NCBI RefSeq assembly: GCF_963921235.1
Contig: NC_086108.1
Span: forward strand, 55,244,001 to 55,308,000
Length of the DNA: 64,000 nt
Direction: 5' to 3'
From: Mobula hypostoma
Lineage: Eukaryota
The position numbers were made by a program, and so were the translations under genes. Shown piece after piece: positions 39,041 to 51,183 of the stretch. Within the stretch, counting starts at the first letter, position 1; each line of letters starts with the position of its first letter. The notes under the pieces are model-generated. The model saw only the letters and a program-made list of their open reading frames with translations. It searched no databases and was not told the origin of the DNA.

Positions 39041-39789
39041 TGTACAGTACCTTTTAAGCCAAACCTTCATACCCCCGTTGTGTATTTTTTAACCACGAGC
39101 ACTTGTTTTGGTCTGAAGGGGAAAAAAATCTTTTATCTTATTGAGGCTTTTAAATCATGTAATTTTTTTTTCCCTGTCCTCTAAATTTTACTCTTCAGTT
39201 TGTTCATAACGAGCCATTTTCAGGTCAGTCACACTGGTGCAATGAATTTTTTCAATTAGATGAATCATTCCTCCTATCGATTTTTAGAGAATATTTTCAT
39301 GTGTAGATTACTGTACTATTGGAAACTAGCAGAGTGCTTTCTTCAGCACCAGACAATATTTATTTTGCTTTAGTAATGTAATGGAGCCAAATTTGGCACA
39401 GCATTATTTTGAATGCTAAAAAAAGAAAGCAAGACACAGAATGTATTTCTGTGCAGGTCTTGCTTAGTGAAACATGCTGCACCTGCACTATTTATTTTCA
39501 AAGTTGTGTATCAATCCGCATTTTTGCTGATTTTTCATGGGATGCAGCTTTTTTAAGCTAAATTTTCTGAAAGTTGTTCTTGCTCTTGGGAAATTTACTT
39601 CCTCCAGTTTAAAAAAATATTTTGTCTAATTATTTTTAAAATCAATGGAAGGCTAATTATTGGTGAGTATAGCTTTATTCAACCAAATTTTTCTAGTAAA
39701 GCCAAAATATGATTGATTAATTTAGCTATTAGATTCCCAGTCTAAACTTGAATTTCCTTTGGCTTTGATCCTAGATTAATTGGACAATG

Positions 39790-40500
39790 CAGAACAAGGG
39801 TAGGAATTGCAGTTGAGTGGCAGGGATCTGAGGAATGTGGTAGAAAAGAGAGATCTGGGAATACAGATCCATAATTCTTTGAAAGTGGTAGATAGGTTCA
39901 TAGGGAAAGCTTTCTACACATTGGCCTTCATAAATCGAAGTATTGTATTCAGGAGTTGGAACGTTGAGGTTGTATAAGTTCATTTAGAGTATTGTGCATA
40001 GTTTTGGTCACCTACCTACAGAAAAGATATCAGTAAGGCTGAAAGAGTGCAGAGAAAATTTACAAGGATGCTGCCAGGACTTGAGGTCCTGAGTTATAAG
40101 GAAAGGTTGAATAGATTAGGACTTTATTCTCTACAGCGTAGAAGAATGAGGGGAGGTTTGGTAGAGATGTGCAAAATTATGAGCGAGATAGATGGGTAAA
40201 TGCAAGCAGATTTTTTTTTTCCTGCTGAGGTTGGGTAAGACCAGAATTAAAGGTCACAGGTTAAGGATGAAATGTGAAGTATTTAAGGGGAATATGAGGG
40301 GGAATGTCTTCTCTCAGGGTGGTGAGAGTGTGGAGCGAGCTGCCAGTGAAAGTGGTGGATGTGGGTTTGATTTCAACATTGAAGATGGGAGGAATGTGGA
40401 AGGCATGGTCCAGGTGCAGGTTGATGGGACTACCCATATTAATAGGTCAGTATAGACTAGATGGGGTGAGGGGCCTGCTTCTGTGTTGTCATGTTCTATG
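39790..40500 (+). mobile_element. CR1 3' fragment
   Basis: Homologous to the 3' part of the CR1 at 19391-21493. Confidence 0.8.
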
Positions 40501-41204
40501 TCACTATTACTGCAATAATTAAGTATTGTTCATGTCTTATTGGACTAGTGCATCTTTTCCATGTTGTCATGGTAGGTAAATCAGTTTATCATTTCAATAC
40601 GACTTGGCAGAAGATAAACTGTCCTTGGTTACTGATATGTGCATATTTGATACTGGAACATCAGAACAAGTAGGTGTCTAGCTTGATTTTTTTTAACTTC
40701 TTTTTGAGTCGGCTGTCTTGGCTGGAGTGGAAGAGGTTGTATAGCATTTGAGAGTTTAGCAATAATGTGATGATGTGGGCAAGACTTAAAAAGATTCATG
40801 CTATTATTAACTTTGAAGTGTAAGTGCCCTAAGATTCTGTGATGTCCTTGTATTTGCATAAGCATTTGCTTTTGGTATTGTGTACGCAATCATGCAGCTT
40901 TTCAAATATATTTTTATAGTTTGAAGTAATGTTATTAAATTTAACACTGAAAGAACAATTACTTTTCAGAAGCTTTCAAGTAACCTCTATTTTGCTGCAA
41001 CCTTTCCTTTTGAAGGGAGTGTGAATTGTATTGAATCAAATGCACAACTTAGAAGTGATTCTTCAAGGCTATTCGTTGTTTTGTTATGGCTGGCTGTTTA
41101 TTGACTGCTTTCAAAAGGAATAAAATTATGTTGTTTGCGTATGTCAGTAAATCACCTTTATTCAGTAGATGCTGTGGCATGTATTTGAAGCATTATCGTC
41201 CAAG

Positions 41205-44200
41205 ATATCCTGCAGTGGGAGGGAGAACAGCCAGAGGTCGTGGTACATATTGGTACCAATGACATAAGTAGGAAAAGGGAAGTCCTGAAAAAAGACTACA
41301 GGGAGTTAGGAAGGAAGTTGAGAAGCAAGACTGCAAAGGTAGTGATCTCGGGATTACTGCCTATGCCGTGCAACAGTGAGAATAGGAATAGAATGAGGTG
41401 GAGGATAAATGTGTGGCTGAGAGATTGGAGCAGGGGGCAGGGATTCAGATTTCTGGATCATTGGGACCTCTTTTTGGGCAGGTGTGACCTGTACAAAAAG
41501 GACGGGTTGCACTTGGATCCCAGGGGGACCAATATCCTGGCGGGGAGGTTTGCTAAGGCTACTGGTGAGAATTCAAACTTGGAATTGCCGGGTGGTGGGA
41601 ACCGAACCGAAGAGCTGGAGGAAGGGGTGGTTGGCTCACAAATAGAGAAAGCTTGTAGACAGTGCGAGAGGAAAGAGAGGCAGGTGATAGAGTAGGGTTG
41701 TGCTCAGACCGAAGGTTTCAGATGTATCTATTTTAATGCAAGGAGTGTTGTGAACAAAGCGGATGAGCTTAGAGCCTGGATCAGTACTTGGAGATATGAT
41801 GTGGTGGCTATTACAGAGACTTGGATGGCTCAGGGACAGGAATGTTTACTTCAAGTACCGGGTTTTAGATGCTTCAGAAAGGACAGGGAGGGAGGCAAAA
41901 GAGGTGTGGGCATGGCACTATTGATCAGAGATAGTGTCATGGCTGCAGAAAAGGTGAACGCCATGGAGGGGTTGTCTACGGAATTTCTGTGGGTGGAAGT
42001 TAGGAACAGGAAGGGGTCAATAACTTTACTGGGTGTTTTTTATAGGCCGCCCAATAGTAACAGGGGTATTGAGGAGCAGATAGGGAAACAGATCCTGGAA
42101 AGGTGTAATAATAACAGAGTTGTCGTGATGGGAGATTTTAATTTCCCAAGTATCAATTGGTATCTCCCTACAGCGAGGGGTTTAGATGGGGTGGAGTTTG
42201 TTAGGTGTGTTCAGGAAGGTTTTTTGATACAATATGTAGATAAGCCTACAAGACGAGAGGCTGTACTTGATTTGGTATTGGGAAATTAACCTGGTCAGGT
42301 GTCAGATCTCTCAGTGGGAGAGCATTTTGGAGATGGTGATCATAATTCTATCTCCTTTACCATAGTATTGGAGAGAGATAGGAACAGACAAGTTAGAAAA
42401 GCGTTTAATTGGAGTAAGGGGAATTATGAGGCTATTAGGCAGGAACTTGGAAGCATAAATTGGAAACAGATGTTCTCAGGGAAAAATACAGAAGAAATGT
42501 AGCAAATGTTCAGGGGATACTTGTGTGGAGTTCTGCATAGGTACATTCCAATGAGACAGGGAAGTTATGGTAGGGTACAGGAACCGTGGTGTACAAAGGC
42601 TGTAATAAATCTAGTCAAGAAGAAAAGAAAAGCTTACTAAAGGTTCAGGAACTAGGTAGTCTTAGAGATCTAGAAGATTACAAGGCTAATAGGAAGGAGT
42701 TTAAGAAGGAAATTAGGAAAGCCAGAAGGGGCCATGAGAAGGCCTTGGCGAGCAGGATTAAGGAAAACCCCAAGGCATTTTACAAGTATATTAAGAACAA
42801 GAGGATAAGACGTGAAAGAATAGGACCTATGAAGTGTGACAGTGGGAAAGTGTGTATGGAACTGGAGGAAACAGCAGAGGTACTTAATGAATACTTCAGT
42901 GTTCACTATGCAAAAGGATCTTGGTGATCGTAGTGATGACTTGCAGCAGACTGAAAAGCTTGAGCGTGTAGATATTAAGAAAGAGGATGTGCTGGAGCTT
43001 TTGGAAAGGATCAAGTTGGATAAGTCGCTGGGACAGGATGAGATGTACCCTAGGCTACTGTGGAAGGCAAGGGAGGAGATTGCTGAGCCTCTGGAAATGA
43101 TCTTTGCATCATCAATGGGGACAGGAGAGGTTCTGGAGGATTGGAGGGTTGTGAATGTTGTTCCTTTATTCAAGAAAGGGAGTAGAGATAGCCCAGGAAA
43201 TTATAGACCAGTGAGTCTTACTTCAGTGGTTGGTAAGTTGATGGAGAAGATCCTGAGAGGCAGGATTTATGAACATTTGGAGAGGTATAACATGATTAGG
43301 AGTAGTCAGTATGGCTTTGTCAAGGGCAGATCATGCCTTACGAACCTGATTGAATTTTTGAGGATGTGACTAAACACATTGATGAAGGAAGAGCAGTAGA
43401 TGTAGTGTATATAGATTTCAGCAAGGCATTTAATAAGGTATCCCATGCAAGGATTATTGAGAAAGTAAGGAGGAATGAGATCCAAGGGGACATTGCTTTG
43501 TGGATCCAGAACTGCCTTGCCAACAGAAGGCAAAGAGTGGTTGTAGGCAGGTCATACTCTGCATGGAGGTCGGTCACTAGTGGAGTGCCTCAGGGATCTG
43601 TTCTGGGACCCTTACTCTTCGTGATTTTTATAAATGAGCTGGATGAAAAAGTGGAGAGATGGGTTAGAAAATTTGCTGATGACACGAAGGTTGGATGTGT
43701 TGCGGATAGTGTGGAGGGCTGTCAGAGATTACAGCGATTGACATTGATAGGATGCAAAACTGGGCTGAGAAGTGTCAGATGGAGTTCAACCCAGATGAGT
43801 GTGAAGTGGTTCATTTTGGTAGGTCAAATATGATGGCAGAATATAGTATTGATGGTAAGACTCTTGGCAGTGTGGAGGATCAGAGGAATCTTGGGGTCCG
43901 AGTCCATAGGACGCTCAAAGCAGCTGCGCGGGTTGGCTGTGTGGTTAAGAAGGCATACAGTGTATTGGCCTTCATCAATCATGGAATTGAATTTAGGAGC
44001 CAAGAGGTAATGTTGCAGCTATATAGGACAATGATCAGACCCCACTTGGAGTACTGTGCTTAGTTCGGCTTGCCTCTCTACAGGAAGGATATGGAAGCCA
44101 TAGAAAGGGTGCAGAGGAGATTTACAAGGATCTTGCCTGGATTGGAGAGCGTGCCTTATGAGAATAGGTTGAGTGAACTCGGCCTTTTCTCCTTGGAGCA

Positions 44201-44582
44201 ATGGAGCATGAGAGGTGACCTGATAGAGGTGTATAAGATGATGAGAGGCACTGATCGTGTAGATAGTCAGAGGCTTTATCCCAGGGCTGAAATGGTTGCC
44301 ACAAGTGGACACAGATTTAAGGTGCTGGTGTTTAGCTACAGAGGAGATACCAGGGGTAAATTTTTTACTCAGAGAATGGTGAGTGCGTGGAATGGGCTGC
44401 TGGCAATGGTGGTGAAGGCGGATACGATAGGGTCTTTTAAGAGACTTTTGGATAGGTACTTGGAGCTTAGAAAAATAGAGGGCTATAGGTAAGCCTAGCA
44501 ATCTATAAGGTAGAGGCATGTTCGGCACAACTTTGTGGGCTGAAAGGCTTGTATTGTGCTGTAGGTTTTCTATGTTTCTATA
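41205..44582 (+). mobile_element. Long CR1 LINE: ORF1 esterase C-terminus, APE endonuclease and RT, disrupted
   Basis: VHIGTND...DGLHL (SGNH esterase), ITETW, YRPPN, MGDFN, LDLVL, KFADDTK; TTTCTA tail. Confidence 0.93.
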
Positions 44583-44934
44583 TTTGGAAATGTAGTAAGT
44601 ATCCACTAATGGGCTGAACTGAACAGAAATGGCTAGCTTCCAGGTTGAACAGATGTAGCAGTAGCTTCGGTACAAACTAATTGCTTTGCTACTATTCAAA
44701 TAGAAAAATAATACTTTGGAGTCACAATGGATTTACTTTATGTTGGCTGAGTTATCGATTAGAGGTGAAACTGGTTGTGAAATTGCAGCCATGGTTTGTT
44801 TTTCTATCTGATAATATAAAAGGATATTAAATTCTGCCAGGAAGTAAGAGAATTGGTAGAATTGGCACTCGCTGAAAGTACCACTCCTCAGAAATAAGTT
44901 GATTTAATTTCAGAATCAGGTTTATTATTGCATA

Positions 44935-45845
44935 CTTTATACTTTATTGTCACCAAACAATTGATACTACAGCGTGCAATCATCACAGCGATAATTGATT
45001 CTGCACTTCGCATTCCCTGGAGTACAAATCGATAGTAAATAGTAAAAATTTAAATTATAAATCATAAATAGAAAAGGGAACATAAGGCAGTGCAAAAAAC
45101 CGAGAGGCAGGTCCGGATATTTAGAGGGTATGGCCCAGATCCAGGTCAGGATCCATTCAGCAGTCTTATCGCAGTTGGAAAGAACATAGAATAGTACAGC
45201 ACAGTACAGACCCTTCAGCCCACAATGTTGTTCCGACCCTCAAACACTGCCTCCTATATAACCCCCCACCTTAAATTCCTGTTCTCAAATCTGGCCGTAC
45301 GAGTCTTCAAGCTCCTGAGCCTTCTCCTGGAGGGAAGAGGGACGAAAAGTGTGTTGGCTTGGTGGGTCGTGTCCTTGATTATCCTGGCAGCACTGCTCCG
45401 ACAACGTGCGGTGTAAAGTGAGTCCAAGGATGGAAGATTGGTTTGTGTGATGTGCTGGGCTGTGTTCACGATCTTCTGCAGCTGCTTCCGGTCTTGGACA
45501 GGACAACTTCCATACCAGGTTGTGATGCACCCTAGAAGAATGCTTTCTACGGTGCATCTATTAAAAATGAGTGAGGGTTTTAGGGGACAGCTCAAATTTC
45601 TTTAGCTTTCTCAGGAAGTAAAGGTGCTGGTGGGCCTTCTTGGCAGTGGACTCTGTTTGGTTGGCCCAAGTCAGGTCATTTGTGAGATTGACCTCGAGGA
45701 ATTTAAAGCTTTTGACCTGTTCCACTTGCGCACCACCAATGTAAATGGGGTCGTGCGGTCCACTACTCCTTCTGAAGTCAACAACCAATTCCTTCGTCTT
45801 GCTGATGTTGAGGGATAGTTTATTGTCTTCGCACCATGCCACCAT
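44935..45845 (-). mobile_element. Rex1/Babar-like 3' fragment with a small CR1 tail inserted (~45183-45278)
   Basis: WCEDNKLSLNISKTKELVVDFRR, ESILLGCITTWYG motifs. Confidence 0.82.
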
Positions 45846-47853
45846 TTATTACTGACATGTATTTTGAAATTTGTTTTGTGGCAGCAGTGTGAGACAAAAT
45901 TTACTGAAAGTTACAATAAATGGTGCAAAAGAGGAATAGCAAAGTTATGTTCATGGACCATTCAGAAGTCTGATAATGGAGGGGGAAGAAGCTGTTTTTA
46001 AAACATTGAATCGGGGTCTTCAGTCTCCTGTACTTCCCTGGTGGTAGTAAAAAGAAAATATAATGGTTGTTAAGGGTCCTTAATGGTGGATGCTATCCAG
46101 AAGAATCACCTTGTGAAGATGTCCTTTATGAATGGAGCAGGCGGCATCTACAACCCTCTGACAGCGTCTTTCAGTCCTGCATATTGGTGCTCCTATACCA
46201 GGCTGGAGGCAGTGAGTCAGAATACGTTCCACTGTATATCTGAAATGTATTAGTTTTTGACATATTAAATCTCCTCAAACTCCTAATGGAAGCTACCAGA
46301 ATGAACAATGTATGTTTAAGCCATTTCAAACAATTCGACCATTTTGCACTAAAGTGGAAACAATAACTTTCTGACAACTGGCAGGATGTTCTATAGTCTC
46401 TCCAGGATTATTCTTGTTTCTCCTCTTGAATATTGGAACAACAATTAGCTACTCACCAGTCCTCTGAAACATTGCCTGTGGTTAGAGAGGACAAAGATAT
46501 ATTGATCAAGGAAAATAAACAACCCTCAGGCAGAGAATATGTGGACTGGAGCTAAGGGAGGTTTGGTAAGTGAGAAGTGGCCATGAGAAAAGTTACTGGG
46601 GTAAGAGAATGAGAAATACCTCCCTCTTTTTCTGGAAATTTGAAGCATAAGTTAACATATTCTTGACATGTAGCAGATAGATGGCAGTATGGGTTTGGGA
46701 ACCATGCTGATCAATATATCAAAAAGTCCAAGTTTAGTCAGTCTCCATAAAGCTAATACTCTCCAATGTGATTCCTATTGAACCTTTTCTGCACCCTCTC
46801 CACATTCTTCCTGTAGTTTAATAACCAGAACTACACACAATATTCCATATGATTTCACTTTTAAAAAAAAATGCAGCTGCAACAAAACCCCATAAAATCA
46901 GATGTTGAATCAATAACCTCAACATGGCCAGACTGATATAGTAGTTGCAGAGTGTCACACTGCTAGTTCAGTGAGGTTTCTGTCAATGATGACTTTCAGG
47001 AATTTACTGGTGGAGAATTTGATAACTGTAATTCCTTTGAGTGTTAAGTAGAAGTGGTTGGGCAGTCACCAATTGATCATTGGCCAGGGATGTATCTGGC
47101 TTGTATGTTATTTGCTACATAATCGTTGAACACTTTTTAGATCATTAGGACATGGGCTTAATTACCGAAAAATTTGTTTTAAAACTGAAAAATGTGGAAT
47201 CACCAACAAATACTAACACTTCATACCCAAGTGATAGAGAGAAAGGAGGTAAGTAAGCCAATGGGTACTTGAATGTTATTCCACTCAAAATATTATCCTC
47301 AGGAATTCATGTGACTGATTCTGATATCCAAGAATCTCAATCACCTTCCTTTATCTACGCTAATCCAACTAGTGGAAAGTTTTCCCCATAATACCTTAAG
47401 ACATAAATTCTAATAGGGATGTTTGAAGCTTTATGTGGTTGAATACTGCCCGGGCTCCAAGAGCAGTCATTTTCGCCTTACTCCTGGAATTCAGTATGAT
47501 TTGACCAAATTGTAATAGGGTCTGGTGCATTTGAAGCCAAGCTAGGCAAATGAAAACTAAAATTGTTAGATTAACTGATCACTATGGAAAGAGAAATAGA
47601 GTTAAAATTCTTCAAAGACTATTTAGAGCATCAACAAGCATGCTTCTTGTTATTAAATGGCACTTAGAGAGGCATTATCCATAACTCTTACCAGTTGTCC
47701 ATCATTTAAGTGATGTAACTGAAGTAGCATAAATTGCCTGCAATTGAATTCCATTACATCTTGTGAATAGGACATATCTAGGACATTTTTAATATTATAT
47801 GATAAATGCTAAGGACAATGTGTTTCAAGAAACAGTTCATTTTGGAGTCCAAG

Positions 47854-48295
47854 ACTTCACTATTATAGCCACTATGATACCAGGACTCGGGGCCTTTACT
47901 TCACCGTTATAGCCAGTATGATACCAGGACTCGGGGCCTTTACTTCACCGTTATAGCCAGTATGATACCAGGACTCGGGGCCTTTACTTCACCGTTATAG
48001 CCAGTATGATACCAGGACTCGGGGCCTTTACTTCACCATTATAGCCAGTATGATACCGGGACTTGGGGCCTTTACTTCACCGTTATAACCAGTATGATAC
48101 CGGGACTCGAGGCCTTTACTTCACCGTTATAACCAGTATGATACCGGGACTCGGGCCCTTTACTTCACCGTTATAGCCAGTATGATACCGGGACTCGAGG
48201 CCTTTACTTCACCGTTATAACCAGTATGATACCGGGACTCGAGGCCTTTACTTCACCGTTATAGCCAGTATGATATCGGGACTCGGGGCCTTTAC
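47854..48295. repeat. 44-bp minisatellite, ~10 copies
   Basis: Unit ACTTCACCGTTATAGCCAGTATGATACCRGGACTCGGGGCCTTT repeated head-to-tail with no spacers. Confidence 0.95.
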
Positions 48296-48439
48296 CGTTC
48301 TGAGACTACTTACCCTGTTTGAGATATCATGTTTGTGAATTAAGCTGGTCAAAGATCAACTTCTCCAAAAGTTGGCTGTAACATTCTGTATTGGCTATGG
48401 CTATGAGCATTTACAACTGGATGATCAAGGATGACAGAG

Positions 48440-48603
48440 AAACACACACAAGCTGCTGGAGGGACTCAGCAGGCCAGGCGGCATCCATGGAAAAGGGTCT
48501 CGGCCTGAAATGTCGACCGATGCTGCCTGGCCTGCTGAGTTCCTCCAGGTGTGTGTGTGTGTGTTGCCTGGATTTCCAGCATCTGCAGATTTTCTCTTGT
48601 TTG
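48440..48603. mobile_element. Older short Penelope-like inverted-end fragment
   Basis: CAGCAGGCCAGGCGGCATC / GATGCTGCCTGGCCTGCTG inverted arms around a partial ribozyme motif. Confidence 0.7.
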
Positions 48604-49181
48604 TGCTGGGAGAATAGAGTTGTGACCTCAACTGTTAATTGGAATCATTTATTTTGGAATCCCATTTCTGATTTCACTAGTGCTTATCCTCACAAGGCTC
48701 CATTAGGTTCATAGGTACATTTAATGTCAGAGAAATGTATTGAGCATTTCAATTCCATGTCTCACAGATGCAAAAAGGCTCCAAACCAGAACTTCCTCAC
48801 AATCTCCTTTAGCAAAACTATCAGCATGTTCACCTCTTCCCTTTGCCGTTGTTTATATCATTTCCCCTATTAATGCAGCACAATTAAATTAAGAAGAGTA
48901 GAATGGCAATACAAAATACTGACAAAACCAAATAGGCTTCATCAGCCCACACTGATGGTGGAATTCAGGAGTATGATACTAAAGATTCAGAGAAAACAGT
49001 TCAAAGACTGCTAAAAATAAAGATAAACTAGTTTGTATTCTAAAACCTAATAGAGATCTTTTAGTTAATAAAGACATCTAGAAGAATGTAAATATGTTCA
49101 TGGTGGAATAATATTAAGTAGAGTGTGCATTTTTTTTTTGAATCGGGTGTGACTCTCACAAAGCCATACAAGCTAGAAAGG

Positions 49182-51183
49182 AACGCAAACACGAGGAATT
49201 CTGCAGATGCTGGAAATTCAAGCAACACACATCAAAGTTGCTGGTGAACGCAGCAGGCCAGGCAGCATCTCTAGGAAGAGGTACAGTCGACGTTTCAGGC
49301 CGAGACCCTTCGTCAGGACTAACTGAAGGAAGAGCTAGGAAGAGATTTGAGGGGGGAGGGGGAGATTCAAAATGATAGGAGAAGACAGGAGGGGGAGGGA
49401 TGGAGCCAAGGGCTGGACAGGTGATTGGCAAAGGGGATATGAGAGGATCATGGGACAGGTGGCCCAGGGAGAAAGAAAGGGGGGGAGGTCCCAGAGGATG
49501 AGCAAGGGGTATAGTCAGAGGGACAGAGGGAGAAAAAGGAGAGAGAAAAAGAATGTGTGTATATAAATAAATAATGGATGAGGTACGAGGGGGAGATGGG
49601 GCATTAGCGGAAGTTTGAGAAGTCAATGTTCATGCCATCAGGTTGGAGGCTACCCAGACGGAATATAAGGTGTTGTTCCTCCAACCTGAGTGTGGCTTCA
49701 TCTTTACAGTAGAGGAGGCCGTGGATAGACATATCAGAATGGGAATGGGATGGGGAATTAAAATGTGTGGCCACTGGGAGATCCTGCTTTCTCTGGCAGA
49801 CAGAGCGTAGGTGTTCAGCGAAATGATCTCCCAGTCTGCGTCGGGTCTCGCCAATATATAGGAGGCCACATCGGGAGCACCGGACGCAGTATATCACCCC
49901 AGCCGACTCACAGGCGAAGTGTTGCCTCACCTGGAAGGACTGTCTGGGCCTGAATGGTGGTGAGGGAGGAAGTGTAAGGGCACGTGTAGCACTTGTTCTG
50001 TTTACAAGGAGAAGTGCCAGGAGGGAGATCGGTAGGGAGGGATGGGGGGGGACGAATTGACAAGGGAGTCGCGTGGGGAGCGATCCCTGCGGAAAGCAGA
50101 GTGGGGGGAGGGAAAGATGTGCTTAGTGGTGGGATCCCGTTGGAGGTGGCACATCCGCTCCCACTCCATCCTCCTGTCACCCCACTAGGAATAGGGTTCC
50201 CCTTGTCCTCACCTACCATCCCACCAGCCTCTGGGTCCAACATAGTATTCTCCGTAACTTCCGCCTCCTCCAACGGGATCCCACCACTAAGCACATCTTT
50301 CCCTCCCCCCCCCCCCAGCTTTCCGCAGGGATCACTCCCTACGCGACTCCCTTGTCCATTCGTAACCCCCCATCCCTCCCCACTGATCTCCCTCCTGGCA
50401 CTTATACTTGTAAGCAGAACAAGTGCTACACATGCGCTTACACTTCCTCCCTTACCACCACTCAGGGCCCCAGACAGTCCTTCCAGGTGAGGCGACGCTT
50501 TACCTGTGAGTCGGCTGGTGTGATATACTGTGTCTGGTGCTCCCGATGTGGCCTTCTATATATTGGTGAGACTCGACGCAGACTGGGAGATCATTTTGCT
50601 GAACACCTACGCTCTGTCTGCCAGAGAAAGCAGGATCTCCCAGTGGTCACACATTTTAATTCCACATCCCATTCCCATTCTGATTTGTCTATCCACGGCC
50701 TCCTCTACTGTACAGATGAAGCCACACTCAGGTTGGAGGAACAACACCTTATATTCCGTCTGGGTAGCCTCCAACCTGAAGGCATGAACATCGACTTCTC
50801 AAAATCCGCTAATGCCCCACCTCCTCGTCATACCCCATCCGTTATTTATTTATATACACACATTCTTTTTCTCTCTCTCTCTTTTCTCCCTCTGTCTCTC
50901 TCACTATACCCCTTGCCCATCCTCTGGGTCCCCCCCCCACCCTTTCTTTCTCCTTGGGCCTCCTGTCCCATGATCCTCTCATATCCCTTTTGCCAATCAC
51001 CTGTCCAGCTCTTGGCTCCATCCCTCCCCCTCCTGTCTTCTCCTATCATTTTGGATCTCCCCCTCCCCCTCCCACTTTAAAATCTCTTACTAGCTCTTCC
51101 TTCAGTTAGTCCTGACGAAGGGTCTCAGCCTGAAACGTTGACTGTACCTCTTCCTAGAGATGCTGCCTGGCCTGCTGCGTTCA
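49182..51183. mobile_element. Penelope-like element (GIY-YIG endonuclease) as two inverted arms (minus ~49182-50149; plus ~50150-51183)
   Basis: GVIYCVRCSRCGLLYIGETRRRLGDHFAEH...PVATHFN on both strands; imperfect TSD CAAGCTAGAAAGG / CATGCTGGAAAGG. Confidence 0.92.
49285..49320 (-). ncRNA. Minimal type I hammerhead ribozyme motif in PLE terminus
   Basis: AGTC-CTGACGA-A-GGGTCTCGGCCT-GAAAC-GTC-GACT on the minus strand. Confidence 0.75.

Noticed and set aside
47854..48295. CRISPR-like array
   Set aside because: Units are contiguous with no unique spacers, there are no cas genes, and the context is vertebrate; it is a minisatellite.
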